A DNA stretch of 64,000 nt, from contig QPGO01000265.1 in assembly GCA_008632985.1 (NCBI GenBank), positions 1 through 64,000 on the forward strand, read 5' to 3'. The notes under the pieces are model-generated. The model was not told where the DNA came from. It saw only the letters and a list, made by a program, of their open reading frames with translations, and did no database searches. How positions within the stretch are numbered: the stretch's first letter is position 1; each line of letters begins with the position of its first letter. Both the position numbers and the translations under genes were made by a program. Shown piece by piece: positions 49,638-62,399 of the stretch. This DNA comes from Psammoneis japonica. Its lineage: Eukaryota.

Positions 49638-52600
49638 CATGGGTTTCTTCAAAATCCCATGGTCATTTTTAATCATCTGGCTAAATTCTGCCATAAATTC
49701 TGTCCCACCGTCATAAACCACCTGGGTTGGCCACGGATGTCTGCATAGCCACGTTTGTTCTACGACGTTTGCTACGACGTCTGCACGTTTCGTAGACACT
49801 TCTTCAATCTCGAACCACCCGGTTGCTGGGTCGATCATTGTGACTGCCCCTAATTGCAAAGTGTCCTTTCCGCGTCTTTGAATTTTATATGGCCCTATCA
49901 TGTCTATGCATAGAGTCTCCCATGGAATTATCTCGGCGACCTTTTCTGGCAGCTTCCCATAACGCTGCGTTCGGCGTTTTGTCTTCTGACATTGATCGCA
50001 CTTAACGCACGTAGAATGCACCGCAGACCTCATGCTAGGCCAGTAGAAGTGCTGGGCAATAGATGTTTCCGCACATGTCTCACCTGGATGACACAGTGTC
50101 TCGTGGATGGTGCCATTCAGTTAGCGGAACCTGCAATGCATGACTGTGGTGCTGCGATTTTGTCCTTATGACAGATTAACTGTTGTGATGACCCTCCCCC
50201 ACGATGTGCGCGAATGGAGTAGTCGGACGAGTCCTTAGCTCGTGAGAGTAGGTGCTTGTCCTTTTGTTGTTCTTTTTGAATGCGCTTGAAGCTAATAGGC
50301 AGAGATACGCCGTCTTGCGCGTCTGCATTAAAAGCTTCATGCAAAGGACGACTCAATGGAGTGTCTTTTACATCCAGATTGGCCTCGGAAGGCAAGCTGG
50401 GTGCTAGCCAAAGGCGACTAAGAGCGTCAGCGACTAGGTTATGGGTGCCCTTGACATAGCGTAATTCGGGACCGTATTCTTCGCATGTTAACCGCCAGTG
50501 CATAACGCGCTCGGCATTGAACACTTTGTACGTAAGATTTTTATGATCAGCACACACAAGCACACGATGACCGAGGAGAATCGTTTGAAATTCTTTCAAC
50601 GTCTCCACAATGGCGAGTAATTCTCTTTCTGCTATAAAAGGCGATAGGTTTATTATCTTGGGATATAACTGCTCCCAATTGACATTTAGAGGCATCAGTG
50701 TGTATCTCAAAGGGTTTATTAAAATCAGGATGTGACAACAAAACATCATCCGACATCACCCGTTTAACGGTTTCGAACGCCTCGTCTTCAACGGACGTCC
50801 GACGGGTTCCAGTCCTAGGTGGGACTTTTTGTGACATTTGCCCCGTAGAATTCTACGTGCGAGCTCTGTAGTTCGTACTCTGGTTAATGCATATATTTAT
50901 CTTCGACATAAAAAAAATGGCCAAGTTTGTAGTACATCTATCCCTGTCTGTACTCGAAGTTTTGGACAATGCGCCTGCCCTACGCCATTCTTAAGACACT
51001 CGAGAATGGCGTAGAAGAAAAAAATATTAAAAGTTGTTCAATGGATAGCCCCGATAATTGTACTATAAAATCATACAAAATTACGCCAAAATCACGTAGA
51101 AATGTACGTGCGCGACATACGACGCGATTCAAAAAACTATCGATGTCACAGTTCAGTAGCACGAGGTCCCACCTAGACCTGGAACGCGTCGTCCACTCCC
51201 ACTTAACAGTCTCGCTTACGAGTCGTGTTAGCGGAGCCAAGACTTCAGAACGTCTAATCCACGCGTCACGGTAGTAGTTCACCATACCAATAAATGACCG
51301 TAGGTCGCGTTTATTGGTTGGGGTCGCGATTCGCTTAATGGCGTCGACTTTATTAGGTGTTGGTCATATTCCGTCTCTGTTGACCAGATAACCCAAGTAT
51401 TCTAATTGGGTTTGACAGAAGTGAGATTTAGTTGCGTTAACTTTTAGTCCTGCTTTCTGGACCCTCAATAAAACTTCTTCAAGTTTGTTGAGGTGATCTT
51501 CATAGGTGCCTTTCGTCATGACGAGAAGGTCATCTAAGTACGTTCGAACGAACGATAGATCTTCAAATAAGCCTGACATGCATTCTTGGAAAATGTCTGG
51601 CGAATTACATAACCCCATGGGCAATACCTGCATCTCATACTTGCCCCACGGGAAGATGAGCGTGCAGAGCTTCTTGCCATCAGCATCCAATCGGATGTGA
51701 TAATAGCCCATGTTTAAATCCAGCGATGTAGCCCACATAAAGCCTTCGAGCTTAAGTAGCATATCTTGGATATGAGGAATCGGATAAGGCAATCGCTTGA
51801 TCCGTTTATTGAGCTCTCTGAAATCATTAATAAAGCATACCGTTAAGTCTTTCTTCGGTATGATAAATGATGGAGCTGCCCATTGGGATCGGTTAACGCG
51901 TTTGAGAACACCGATACGCACTAGGCGTTCTACTTCTTTACGTAGCGTAGCTTCGTACGCACGAGGCACTTTATACGGACGAGCGTGGTATGGTTCTACA
52001 CCCTCCTTGAGTTGGACATGGTAGGGTTCTCCCTTCCATTCTCCTAATGTCCCATCAAATAAGGACTCGTGGCGTTTCAATAGTGCCAAAAGGTCGTTTT
52101 GTTGAACTGTAGAAAATCCTATTGCCACTCGCGTTATGTCCTCGAGGCAGGCCGGCGCGCACTTAGCGTCTAAAATACGTGAAATCCGGTCGGTTTCCGA
52201 AGATGAGGCTTCTGGATCTTTAAGATAGAAGGAGGTTTCTACCGTAGCATCTACGTGCCTCATTGGTGCTTCTCCATTGACTAATGGCCACTCTATCATC
52301 TGTTTAGAGAAGACAATGTCAATGCCTTGTGTCTCCAGAATGTCACGTCTAATAATCATATCGTACTTGCCCAACTTTCCGTTGTGTACGTGGACGGTAT
52401 GTTTAAGTTCTGCAGTTTCGAATAATTCTGATAACCGAATTTTAATGGCACAGTCGTTAGACGTACTGAACGAGCCTGCTACTGTAGTCCAGTTTGTCTC
52501 AGCCGTTGAACAGCTTCGCAGACGCTTACAGTATCGACTGTCGAGTAGAGCACTGCTGGCGCCACTATCTAGCAGTGCCTTAATGGTTTGAGTCTTGCCC

Positions 52601-52764
52601 TTGCCTTGTTTAGTGTTCATAGCCACAAACAAGATTGGAGTAAGATGAGTCTTTTTAACTCGTTTACGGGATTGGCCTACAACACGTGTACGATGGTAAT
52701 TCAGTTGTTCATTTATACATTCATCTAATGTATTAAAACTACCTGTATCGTGTCGGCCCCCTTC
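49638..52764 (-). pseudogene. pol: D pol (PR-RT-RH-IN N-part), interrupted by H3
   Basis: LLDSGAS, NMGYYH, YLDD (51364..52632), HTDAS, IDMIGPY. Confidence 0.92.
50801..51190 (-). mobile_element. TIR element H3
   Basis: H-type TIRs; perfect TSD GTCC. Confidence 0.9.
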
Positions 52765-53808
52765 TCAGGTGTCCGAATCTTCGGAATCACTTAAGTTGAG
52801 GTCGCGGAAGTGATTAAGCTCCTCCTCGCGTGCCTTGCGCTTTTTCTGAGCGTTGGCAAAGAACTCCTTGACCTTCGATCCGATGAGAGTATTGATGTCT
52901 TCCTCATTCCGAGGTTTTGCATTAGGCTTGCTGCCTCCGTCATTGGAATGTCCAGTCTTGACACGTTTCACGTGGTGCTTAAGCTGACGGCAATCCTCCG
53001 TATGATGTCCACAGTTAGTCCCGTGTAGCATACACGACTTCTGGGTGTTCCGTTGGGTCGTGATCAACGACTCAGGATTGTCCGTTCTACGTCCCCGCTT
53101 ACGTGGAATCTCAGTGTGTTGGTCCAGGTTACCTTCGGTAAGCTCGACCTGCTCGATGCGCTCGCAGAACTGTACAAATTTGGCGACAGTGTGCGCCAAC
53201 GGGTCAAAATTCTGTAACGTCATGAACTTCTGCCATGCGTTCGGCACACCGTACTCGAACATATCGCATAGTTCATCATCAGGTGATGGTGCCGGTGCTT
53301 CTCCATCCTCCGTCACGGGTGGAAACTGAGAGACACAGCCATTAATTTCAACAGCCCTTGCGACGTAGTCACGATCAGAAACCTCTGCGGGCTTGCGCAT
53401 GAAGCGCCTCAGACAATGCTTCTGCAATGGTGCCGCCCCATGTGGGAAGATACCTTCCTTTAGCTTCGCGATGCACACTGCGTACGTAGCATTGGTTTCG
53501 GATGCCTGCGTGTTAGCGGCATTGTTGAATGACGTCAGAGCATCGCCCTGTAGTAGGTCATGCATAAGGGCAAATTTTGCTGGCCCGGTCGTCATGTTTT
53601 GTCCTTCGTGCACGCGATCCACGTTGCATAGAAAGATTAGGAGTGTCTCGCATGTAGACGTAGAAAGGTACGGGATGCCCATCTCGTGCGTTGGACTATC
53701 CGGATCAGCAGGGTTGTTACGTAGTTTGAACGTCTGGCACTCGCCCTGCTGCAGCTCTTTCTTCTCTGGCCATGCGAACAGAATCGGCGGCTTAATCCGC
53801 TTCTTCAT
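52765..53808 (-). CDS. gag: D gag (knuckle CMLHGTNCGHHTEDC)
   Basis: Open ORF between the 5' LTR and in-frame pol. Confidence 0.87.
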   Translation of the reverse strand: MKKRIKPPILFAWPEKKELQQGECQTFKLRNNPADPDSPTHEMGIPYLSTSTCETLLIFLCNVDRVHEGQNMTTGPAKFALMHDLLQGDALTSFNNAANTQASETNATYAVCIAKLKEGIFPHGAAPLQKHCLRRFMRKPAEVSDRDYVARAVEINGCVSQFPPVTEDGEAPAPSPDDELCDMFEYGVPNAWQKFMTLQNFDPLAHTVAKFVQFCERIEQVELTEGNLDQHTEIPRKRGRRTDNPESLITTQRNTQKSCMLHGTNCGHHTEDCRQLKHHVKRVKTGHSNDGGSKPNAKPRNEEDINTLIGSKVKEFFANAQKKRKAREEELNHFRDLNLSDSEDSDT

Positions 53809-54334
53809 GGTCGTTTTGAGATTTGTCGGTCCTACCAACATTTCGTAGTTTCGTTTCTGTAGATTTCGTTACCTCGCACAATATGCGGGAGCAATGTTGC
53901 TGTGCCCCATGCATGTGCTAGGCACTGAAAAAGAAGATGTGTTACGACTTTGTCGTTGTGAAAATTATGAGCTAGTTTAGAGTAGAGAAAGTGGGATCGT
54001 GTGAATAGGGAATCTTGCCAAATCCCTATTCGTTCGCATTTGGATCGCATCAAATCGATCGTGTGTTCGCATTGTGGATCGTGCGAATCAAGCCATCACG
54101 CGCTGTGCACGAGTGATGTCATCGTGTGGAATCACGCTACCATCGTGGGCCAGACGACGGGCTAGTGTGCTTCACACGGATGCTCTCTTAGCATCCTTCT
54201 GGAATTGCCTAAGACCCAGAGCCATGCCCTCCTGTGGTCGTGCTTCCCAGGCACGCGTTAACAACACTACGTTGCCACGTGCAAGAGGCTTATGCACGGT
54301 CTCGCCGTGTTGTCCAGTAGCGAAGCACACTGCA

Positions 54335-56897
54335 CTTGGGTCACTATCCTCATGAAAAGGTGCACCTGGAGGTGGAAGAAAATGCTGTGCCCTGTCACTC
54401 AAAACCTTTTCCTGTCGCTTGTGTTAATGAGGAAGTGTTTAAAAAGGAACTGAAGCATTTGGTGGACCTGGGAGTCTTACAACCATGTGGACCTACGGAA
54501 TGGGCAGCTGAAGAAGGACGGCCGAGTACGATGGGCATCTGATTTCCGTGAACTGAGTGAGGTGCTCAAGCAAAAAGTCTGTCCTTTGCCGGTTGTTCAA
54601 GATGTGCTACAGTGGAGAGCGGGGTACAAGTTCTTCACCAAACTCGATCTTACTATGTTCTACTACAACTTGGAATTGGACGACGAAAGCAAGGAGCTGG
54701 CGACGATTGCAACCCCGTACGGAAAGTTCCAACACTGTCGCATGGCCATGGGATTGAAACCAGCTCCAGATGTCGCTCAGTCTATCATTGAAAAGATTTT
54801 ACATGGTTTGGACGTTGAAACTTATATTGACGATATTGGCGCTTTTGATGCTGACTTTGATTGCCATCTCTCTCATCTTGACAAAGTGTTACATCGTCTG
54901 GAAGAGAATGGATTGAAAGTAAACCCATTGAAATGCGAGTGGTGTGTCCAAGAGACGGATTTCCCAGGACATTGGCTCACTCCAACTGGTGTCAAACCGT
55001 GGAAGAAAAAAGTCGAAGCGATTCTACGAATGCAGTCTCCACAAAATGCCACGCAACTTTGCTCCTTTTTAGGTGCAGCAACCCATTGTCGTAACATGTG
55101 GCCTCGTCGTTCTCACTTGCTTGCTCCGTTAGCGGAATTGACAGGCAAAAGCCAGTTCTGTTGGTCAGGCGCATGTCAGAAAGCATTTGAGGAAATGAAA
55201 GCAGTGATCGCAGTGGAAGTTCTCATGGCCTATCCTAACCATAACCTACCGTTCCATGTGCACACCAATGCATCAGACTATCAGATGGGCGCAGCTGTTG
55301 TCCAAGATGGCAAACCTGTGGCGTGCTGGTCTAAGAAGCTCTCAGCGGCTCAACGTAACTATTCAACGATGGAAAAAGAACTCCTGGCTGTCATCATGTG
55401 CTTTAAAGAGTTTCGCACAATGTTGCTTGGTGCTGACATTGCTGTTCACACTGACCATAAAAATCTCACCTTTCGCACTTTGAATACACAGCACGTCCTT
55501 TGTTGGCATCTATTCCTCGAAGATTTCGCGCCCACCTTTAAACATGTCGAAGGCAAGGATAAAGTGCTCGCCGATTGTTTTTCTCGACTCCCGCGCATGG
55601 ATCTGCCTTCGGAGGGGAAGAGCCTTGGGCCAAGTGGCAAACACAAAGGAAAAATTATTCATTTTGAAAAGTTGGACAGCAGTGAATTGAGCAAGGCTGA
55701 GGAAGAAGAAGATTTGGAGTTGGGCGCTTGCAGGTTCAAGTGTTGCCGTGCTCCAGTCAATCCTTCTGATGAGTCTCATGCCTTTTCTTCTCTACTTGAT
55801 GAACCTGAATTGTTTGAATGCTTTTTGAATTATCCGACATTGGACGAGATGCCAAATCCTACCAAGATGTTGCGGATACAACAGTTCCAGTTTGAGGACC
55901 AGCAACTGAATCAACAGAGACAACAGAACCCACAGCAATTCGTGGTCAAGATTGTTAACCAGTGTCCTCTCACATGTTGTCGTCTGCATTTGAATGATCC
56001 GCCTGGAGTGTGGAAAATTTGTGTTCCGACTGCATTGTTGCCTGACATGCTCACGTGGTGTCATCATGTGTTGGGCCATTGTGGAGTTGTTTGTTTGTAC
56101 GAGAGCACTCGCACTCACATGCATCATCCTGCATTGCGTCGCCATTGTGATGAGTTTGTATGCGACACCTGTCAACGTTTCAAACATCTCAGTCCAGGAT
56201 ATGGAGAATTGCCTGAATGCCAAGCACCGTTAGCTCTGTGGTCGGAAGCAGCAGTTGACCTCATTGGACCGTGGAAAATGCCGATTCAAGATCAAGAAAT
56301 TGAGTTCAGTGCTCTGACTTGTATTGACACTGTTGCTGGCCTGACTGAACTCACACGCATTGACAACAAAACTTCTCAACACATGACTAACAAGTTCCGC
56401 AACCTTTGGTTAGCTCGTTGTCCCAGACCGAATCGATGCATCCATGACAATGGTGGTGAATTCATTGGTTGGGAATTTCAAATGTCATTGAACCAGGCTG
56501 GTGTCGAAGATGCTCTGACGACCTCACGGAATCCTGCAGCTAATTCGATTTGTGAACGAATGCACCAAACGGTAGCTGTTCAAGTGGAGCTTTAGTATTC
56601 CAATGAGATGTGATTTTGGATCTACCTGTTCTCTCCGATCTTGCTGCTGTTCAAGCCAACCGACAAGTGCTTGTCAACAAAAACCTACGACGACAGAATG
56701 CAAAACGCCATTCTTGTGATTATTTAGTGGGACAAGATGTGTTAATCAAGTCCGTGGATCCAGTGAAGCTAGAAGCTCGAGCTCATGGTCCGTTTCGAAT
56801 TGTACAAGTCCATGCCAACGGGACAGTTTCAGTGCTGCAAGCACCACATGTTATTGAGCAGATTGACATTCGTCGCGTGTTGCCGCACCGGAGTTGA
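54335..56897 (+). pseudogene. pol: A3 pol, 3' part (RT-RH-IN)
   Basis: YIDD, VDLIGPW, HDNGGEF in ORF 54487..56595; GPF motif in 56610..56897. Confidence 0.92.
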
Positions 56898-57849
56898 GGG
56901 TTTTTTCCCAATGTCTGGGTTCCCTTCTCCATGCGTATTTGGAGTTTAAATTTGAGTCAAGTGGTTCCAATGGTGCACGTGATTCTTGCACCATTGAGGG
57001 GAAGAGTGAATGAGATAGGCACATGTACTCTATAACCGAGTGTGCCCTCTCTGACACATGCATGCCAACTAACGTATTAGATGTTCAAGAAGCCGTTAGA
57101 AGTCAGTTCCGATCAGCGATTGTGCTGATTGGGTCTCTTCTCGGTTCTCTCACAACCTGTTTTATCAAGTCATCTCAAGCTAGATCTTGCAGTTACAACC
57201 GTGGAAAGTATTCCACGATGAAATTGTATCGTGGAAAGTCTTCACTTTCCACGACAGCATCATGGAAAGTATTCCACGATGTAGTTCTATCGTGGAAAGT
57301 CATTGATCAAAAACGGTCATAATGACCCTCTTTTAATGAACACCTCATCACCATATATAAAACATTGTCACTCAACGGTTTCGAACCAAAATTACTTAGG
57401 TTGTAAGGGCAATGTTAAAATTAAAATATGAGTTATTCATAACATAGTAATTATTTCATATATCTTATATATATGTATATTATTAATAAAGTGGAAAGTA
57501 TCCGCGACAGACTTTCCATGCTTTTGCGGCGACTTCCTGTTTTTCGAAGCCAAAGGCTTTCTATTTTCAACATTTATGAGAATGAAAATATGCTGGCTAT
57601 GTTCTTTAATGTCTGGAGAACACACCCGGGCAAACTATTGATGATGTACTGCAAGTAGTATGAAGGAGGAGATACGTTCGTAAAATTGCCTCTTTTTCTG
57701 TTGGTGATCATTCACATTTTCATTGCAGCATAAATTCACTATGGAGGTCGCACGTAGAATTCTACGGGCCCAATGTCACACGGAGTCCCACCTAGGACTG
57801 GAACCCGTCTTTTCAGGATTTTCTACTGACGGGAAACGCGTAGCGCGCT

Positions 57850-60800
57850 TGCAGTATGCGACTGTTATATACATAATAAACATGCAGTATGCAACTGTCA
57901 CGTGCATATGTATGATTATATATTATTTATATGTCAATCGTACCACAGTCGTGGATGCGTACAAAGGACAGAACGATCACACAGAGTTGATCGGATGTCG
58001 AGAATTGCAAATACGATCGATTGACGATGTTGACATCTTTCGTGTCAATGGCAATCGTATCCGGACAATCTGTTGTCACGAATATATTCTCCGAAAGGCC
58101 TTTTGTCTGTAGAAGCAGCACAGAAGCTTTAGGCCATTGAGAACTCGTTCGGAGAAACCAAAAATCACAGAGTAAAATTTAATCTCATAATTTTCACTTT
58201 TCGAACTTCATTCTACTTTCGTTTACACTCGTTCTTCAAGCATGGTGCATTGTGTATACACGCCACAGAAGGTAAAAAGCACGGAAAATGAAAATTTTAA
58301 CTAATGTGCCTTTGTAAATTCTTCTATAAACAGGGACGAATCGCATCAGTTCTGCTAGAATCGATTTCCGAGTGGAAGAAGCTCAATCCAAGCAGTGCCT
58401 CAAGATGGAACGCTGTTTTTCGTCTAGCAAATGACAAAATTCGTTCTAATGCGGTCTATTCCAAGCATCCAAGGATCAAGGACTCTACAAGCACACCGCA
58501 TTATCAAAAAATCTACACCAAGTCATGGTTGCAGAGAATGCAAGTCCCGAGTCGATCAGATCCAAGAAATACATCTACTTTGCAAGGAGAGACCATTGAA
58601 GAGTTATTGAGACCGAATCGACGAGCCTCGAGTCCAAAGAGCAAGAGGAACCGTTCAAAAGTACCTCAAGTGTCTCATAACTCATGTCCTCCGAGGAATT
58701 GCACTTCAGAATCAGAATTATTTTTTTCGAGATGATCTGAAGAAACCAAAGGCTCTCAGCAGCAAGAGAGTGCCCATTCGACCCAAGAGGTCAATGAAGA
58801 GCGTCTGTGCGACCCTTCAATCGATTCTAAGTTGAATCTAGCGGGAAACCGAGCCGTGAGCTATCAGCTATCACTCGCACCGCAAGGATGGCAGCATCAG
58901 CCTACTGTCCAAAATGTTGGATTATTGGATCATACCCTTGACGAGCTGATTGAGGTTTGAGTCGTCTAGAGGTCGGCGAGGACGTCTATGACAAAAAAAC
59001 ATATCAAATCAGGATCTGATGGCGCTGTTGATTCCAAAATCAAAAAGGTTCCAAATTTGGTTCCAAAAATGGTCTCCTATGTGGTGCCAGAACAATCCAA
59101 AGTGAGCAAAAGGTCCAATCTTTGAAAAAAGAATACCTGCATCACGGATTAATGCTATTCTGAAAATGAACTAGTAAAAGAACGCCTTGGACACTATGAA
59201 TGTGATCCAAAACGGTGCAGTTCAAATGGCAATCGCACGTGTCATCGCGACAACGAAAATGCTGCTCGCAAAAAAAGAGTTGGACGTCATGATTGATCAG
59301 GCAGTTCAAAAAATACTCAAAGCGAGTTCCTTGAACAAGAAAAAGAGCAAAAGAGTGCAAGGGTGGCTCTGAAAGAGACCCAAAAAAAAATATGATACTC
59401 TAAATGGCAATCGCACGGGAACGTGACGAGAGCAGAAATGCCTCTGTGAAAGAGGAATTGAACTGAACTATGAACTAGGCAGTTCACAAAAACTGTCAAA
59501 GCAAGTTCCTTGGCAAAGGAACGAGAAAATAAGAGCAAAAATTAAGACTCTAAAACGCTTAACGAATAAAACTATCAATTTAGAAGAATTGAACCGATCG
59601 AGTCCGATCAAAAATTTACACCGATCGAGGAGTATACCGCATTACAGGACGTCTGGAAACCCAGAAAAAACATCATAGCATGTTATACGAGTCCTATTCT
59701 CGCCGTCTATATGACTACTTCTCTGAGAAAAGCAAAAAATAAGCTTCTACCTGTTCTCTCGATAAAGAACATCGTCAGCCCATGATTTTACGCAAAATCG
59801 TGCGAAAGTTGAGAACCAAAATATCCGCCACCAAAAAACTTGGGAAACCAAGGGTGAGCTCTTTAAGACTGATAGTAGAAACCGAATTCAGTTCTCACTA
59901 TGCAAATTTAAGACGTACTGATACTCAAACAGCACATGTCGATAACACGAAATCTTCTTCAAGGTCGAGTAATATGATCATGGGACGCGACTTAATGTCC
60001 AGTCTTGTAATCATGTTAGACTACGTAAATGAAGAAGTCAAATGGGAAGAAGCAATTACCCTACCGGTATGAAGAATGTTCATACACTCTTCGATGCCGA
60101 TGTTTTCAAGCTGAAAACCGATCACATTGAAAAATATGACGCCGTGAATAGAGTTAGTAATAACAGAACCAATGGTCCTCGACTCACATTATCACGCCAT
60201 CGATCCTAATCAAGTGACAACTACGGTGATGCATCTAACCCAAATGAACACAACCAACTCAATCTTCTTCTTAAGAGGTTGAAATCTTTTTGAAAAGTTC
60301 CTCAGACGAATGTATGGGAAGCATCAGTGGATCTCATCGTGGAAAATCTGACGCGATTCCACGACGCGTGAGAACCTTCTCCTATCACAGTCTTTGGAGG
60401 CGTCCAATCAAAAGGAGTTTGACCTATTATGAAAGATTGAAGTCTTCAAAATGAAATTACTCTGAATAAGTCGCTCTGAGACTCATTGTCTAAAGAAAAC
60501 AGGTCGAGTTCGACCGCATCCGACACTCAGAAGCTTGGTAAAAGGTTCATACACGTGGTGCATCCTTTACCCAATATTCAGGAAATGCTATTGAAGCAAG
60601 AACGTTTCATATATGTAATCTATTTGATTCAAATATGGAATGCCACCATATCAAATAAAAAAAACCACACGTCGTGCTCACACGAAAATCATGCCGTAGG
60701 GAGAAAATGAGTACTATAGACTTCCAATGAGAATCTGTGGAGCCCCAGATATTTTTAAACAACACATGAGTGAACTCATAACAGGTTTGAAGTTGTCAGA

Positions 60801-62141
60801 ACGACTGTATATGATCGTTTATACCTGACAAAAGGTGACTTCAAAATATCACCTGTACAAGTGACAACTTAATACGGCATTCAAACGACTAGAACAGTCG
60901 CTTAGAAGGTTAACAACAAAAGTCCTTCACTATTTAACTTGAAATAAACTATCAAGACTTCCATACGTAACGATATGCATTCGATTACAAAGAAAATGGA
61001 GGCGATTCAAGCAATCGCAACATGAGAAAAACGTAAAGAACACTACGACATCTCGTCGTTATACGTTACTGCTATCGAGACATGTAGTCTCAACGATCTC
61101 CTGTACAATGCTAGCCAGATTCACCTCAATAAAGGTCAAACGGCAAAAGTACAAGTACGGAACGAAAAGTCTCCGAAAATATGGAGCGTATCAAATCAAA
61201 AACTATATTGTTATCATACACGTATTTCAATATTATACGTTACAACGGAAAAAAGAACTTCTGTCCATAGTGAAAACACTTAAAAAATTCCGAAATAATA
61301 TACTGTTTGGCCAACACATTTATATATATACGGATCATAAGACACAACGGACAAAGTCATACGTTGACGACTTACAATAGAAAACTTCAGTCCCGAATTA
61401 AAATACAGCGAGGGCAAGGCGAACATCGTCGCGATAGACGCGATCAGCCGACTTACTATAGAAAATTGAATCCTACGACAATGTCCTACCGTTAAAACGG
61501 GATAAAGACATTTCCCTCCAAATTGTCGGACGCGACATATCATACGAACACTTTTCGTGGAGGCGAGCGAGATCGAAAAATGCTCATATCATAAGGATAA
61601 AATCGCCTTTTTAAGGACGATTTAGGAAAAAACAGTGACAGATTGGTACACATTATACGCATCCACTTCACACTGGCAAAAGACAATCTCACAACACCCG
61701 TACGGTTGTATTGTACAATGTACGAGGCAAGACATTAAAATATACATCATGTCGACACACGAGATGTGCCAAAGATCTAGAAAAAGAAAAGAAAAATGGA
61801 CATTTATCCACTTAGTGCACGAAACCAGTGCCTTCGGAATGACAAAATAACTCCGGTGTGTCAAAAAGAAACGTCCAAATAACGATTAAAACCCAACTGA
61901 TAGATGGTTGAAGTACAAAAAATCCATAATGGAATTCATAACCATCACAGGATTGATCATCAAGACGAAATGGTCATATCCTTGACCATCGTTAATTGTT
62001 ACTTATGAAACGTGGTAGTGCAGCAGAGCAACATGGCATATAAAGTAAGCCGGCCAAACTACACGAAATCCACAAGTAAGTAAGTGAACGCCAATTAAGT
62101 GCGTACATCGAGTACTGGGCAAGATGCTATGTACAATCGAT
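57850..62141 (+). mobile_element. Degenerate C-derivative, copy E2 (3'-truncated)
   Basis: LTR 57850-58249 (TG..CA); interior is a close inverted match to 45222-48927 with the same lesions. Confidence 0.85.
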
Positions 62142-62399
62142 ACCATGAAAGAACAGCAGGACAATTGGTCCGTGTGTCCAAATGAACATGAGACAAACCA
62201 TGATGCTCTCGAAAGACATTTTCGTTTCCGCGCGAGAACGGTGAGCGTGTTTGTCTGTGAAAAAAATGTTCGGGTGTGCCAAATCAAACTGGAATTAGGA
62301 ACTTCTGAATCTTCAAAGTTTTGAAAAAAGCACACTGTCACCGCACAAAAAAAATTTGTTGCTCAGAACCGCAGTCACCATGAATTGACAACAGCCGGT

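Larger units (their letters stand above)
38879..54334 (-). mobile_element. Gypsy family D, split by C and H3
   Basis: LTRs 38879-39405 (with ~93-bp internal duplication) and 53903-54334; perfect TSD CTTG; PPT GGGGGAGTG. Confidence 0.93.
36192..57191 (+). mobile_element. Gypsy family A copy A3, split by element D
   Basis: 185-bp LTRs 36192-36376 and 57007-57191; TSD GTCAC/GTTAC; pol FDGTL|GHYPHEK continues across D. Confidence 0.92.
22370..57809 (+). mobile_element. TIR element H4 (about 3.4 kb of own sequence) expanded to 35 kb by nested insertions
   Basis: Left H end at 22370, right H end at 57809, TTTT on both sides; own pieces 22370-24654, 30351-30610, 35916-36191, 57192-57809. Confidence 0.75.

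Noticed and set aside
22345..62381. An even larger element with CATGG..CCATG ends enclosing H4 and E2
   Set aside because: Only about 5 bp of inverted match and no TSD
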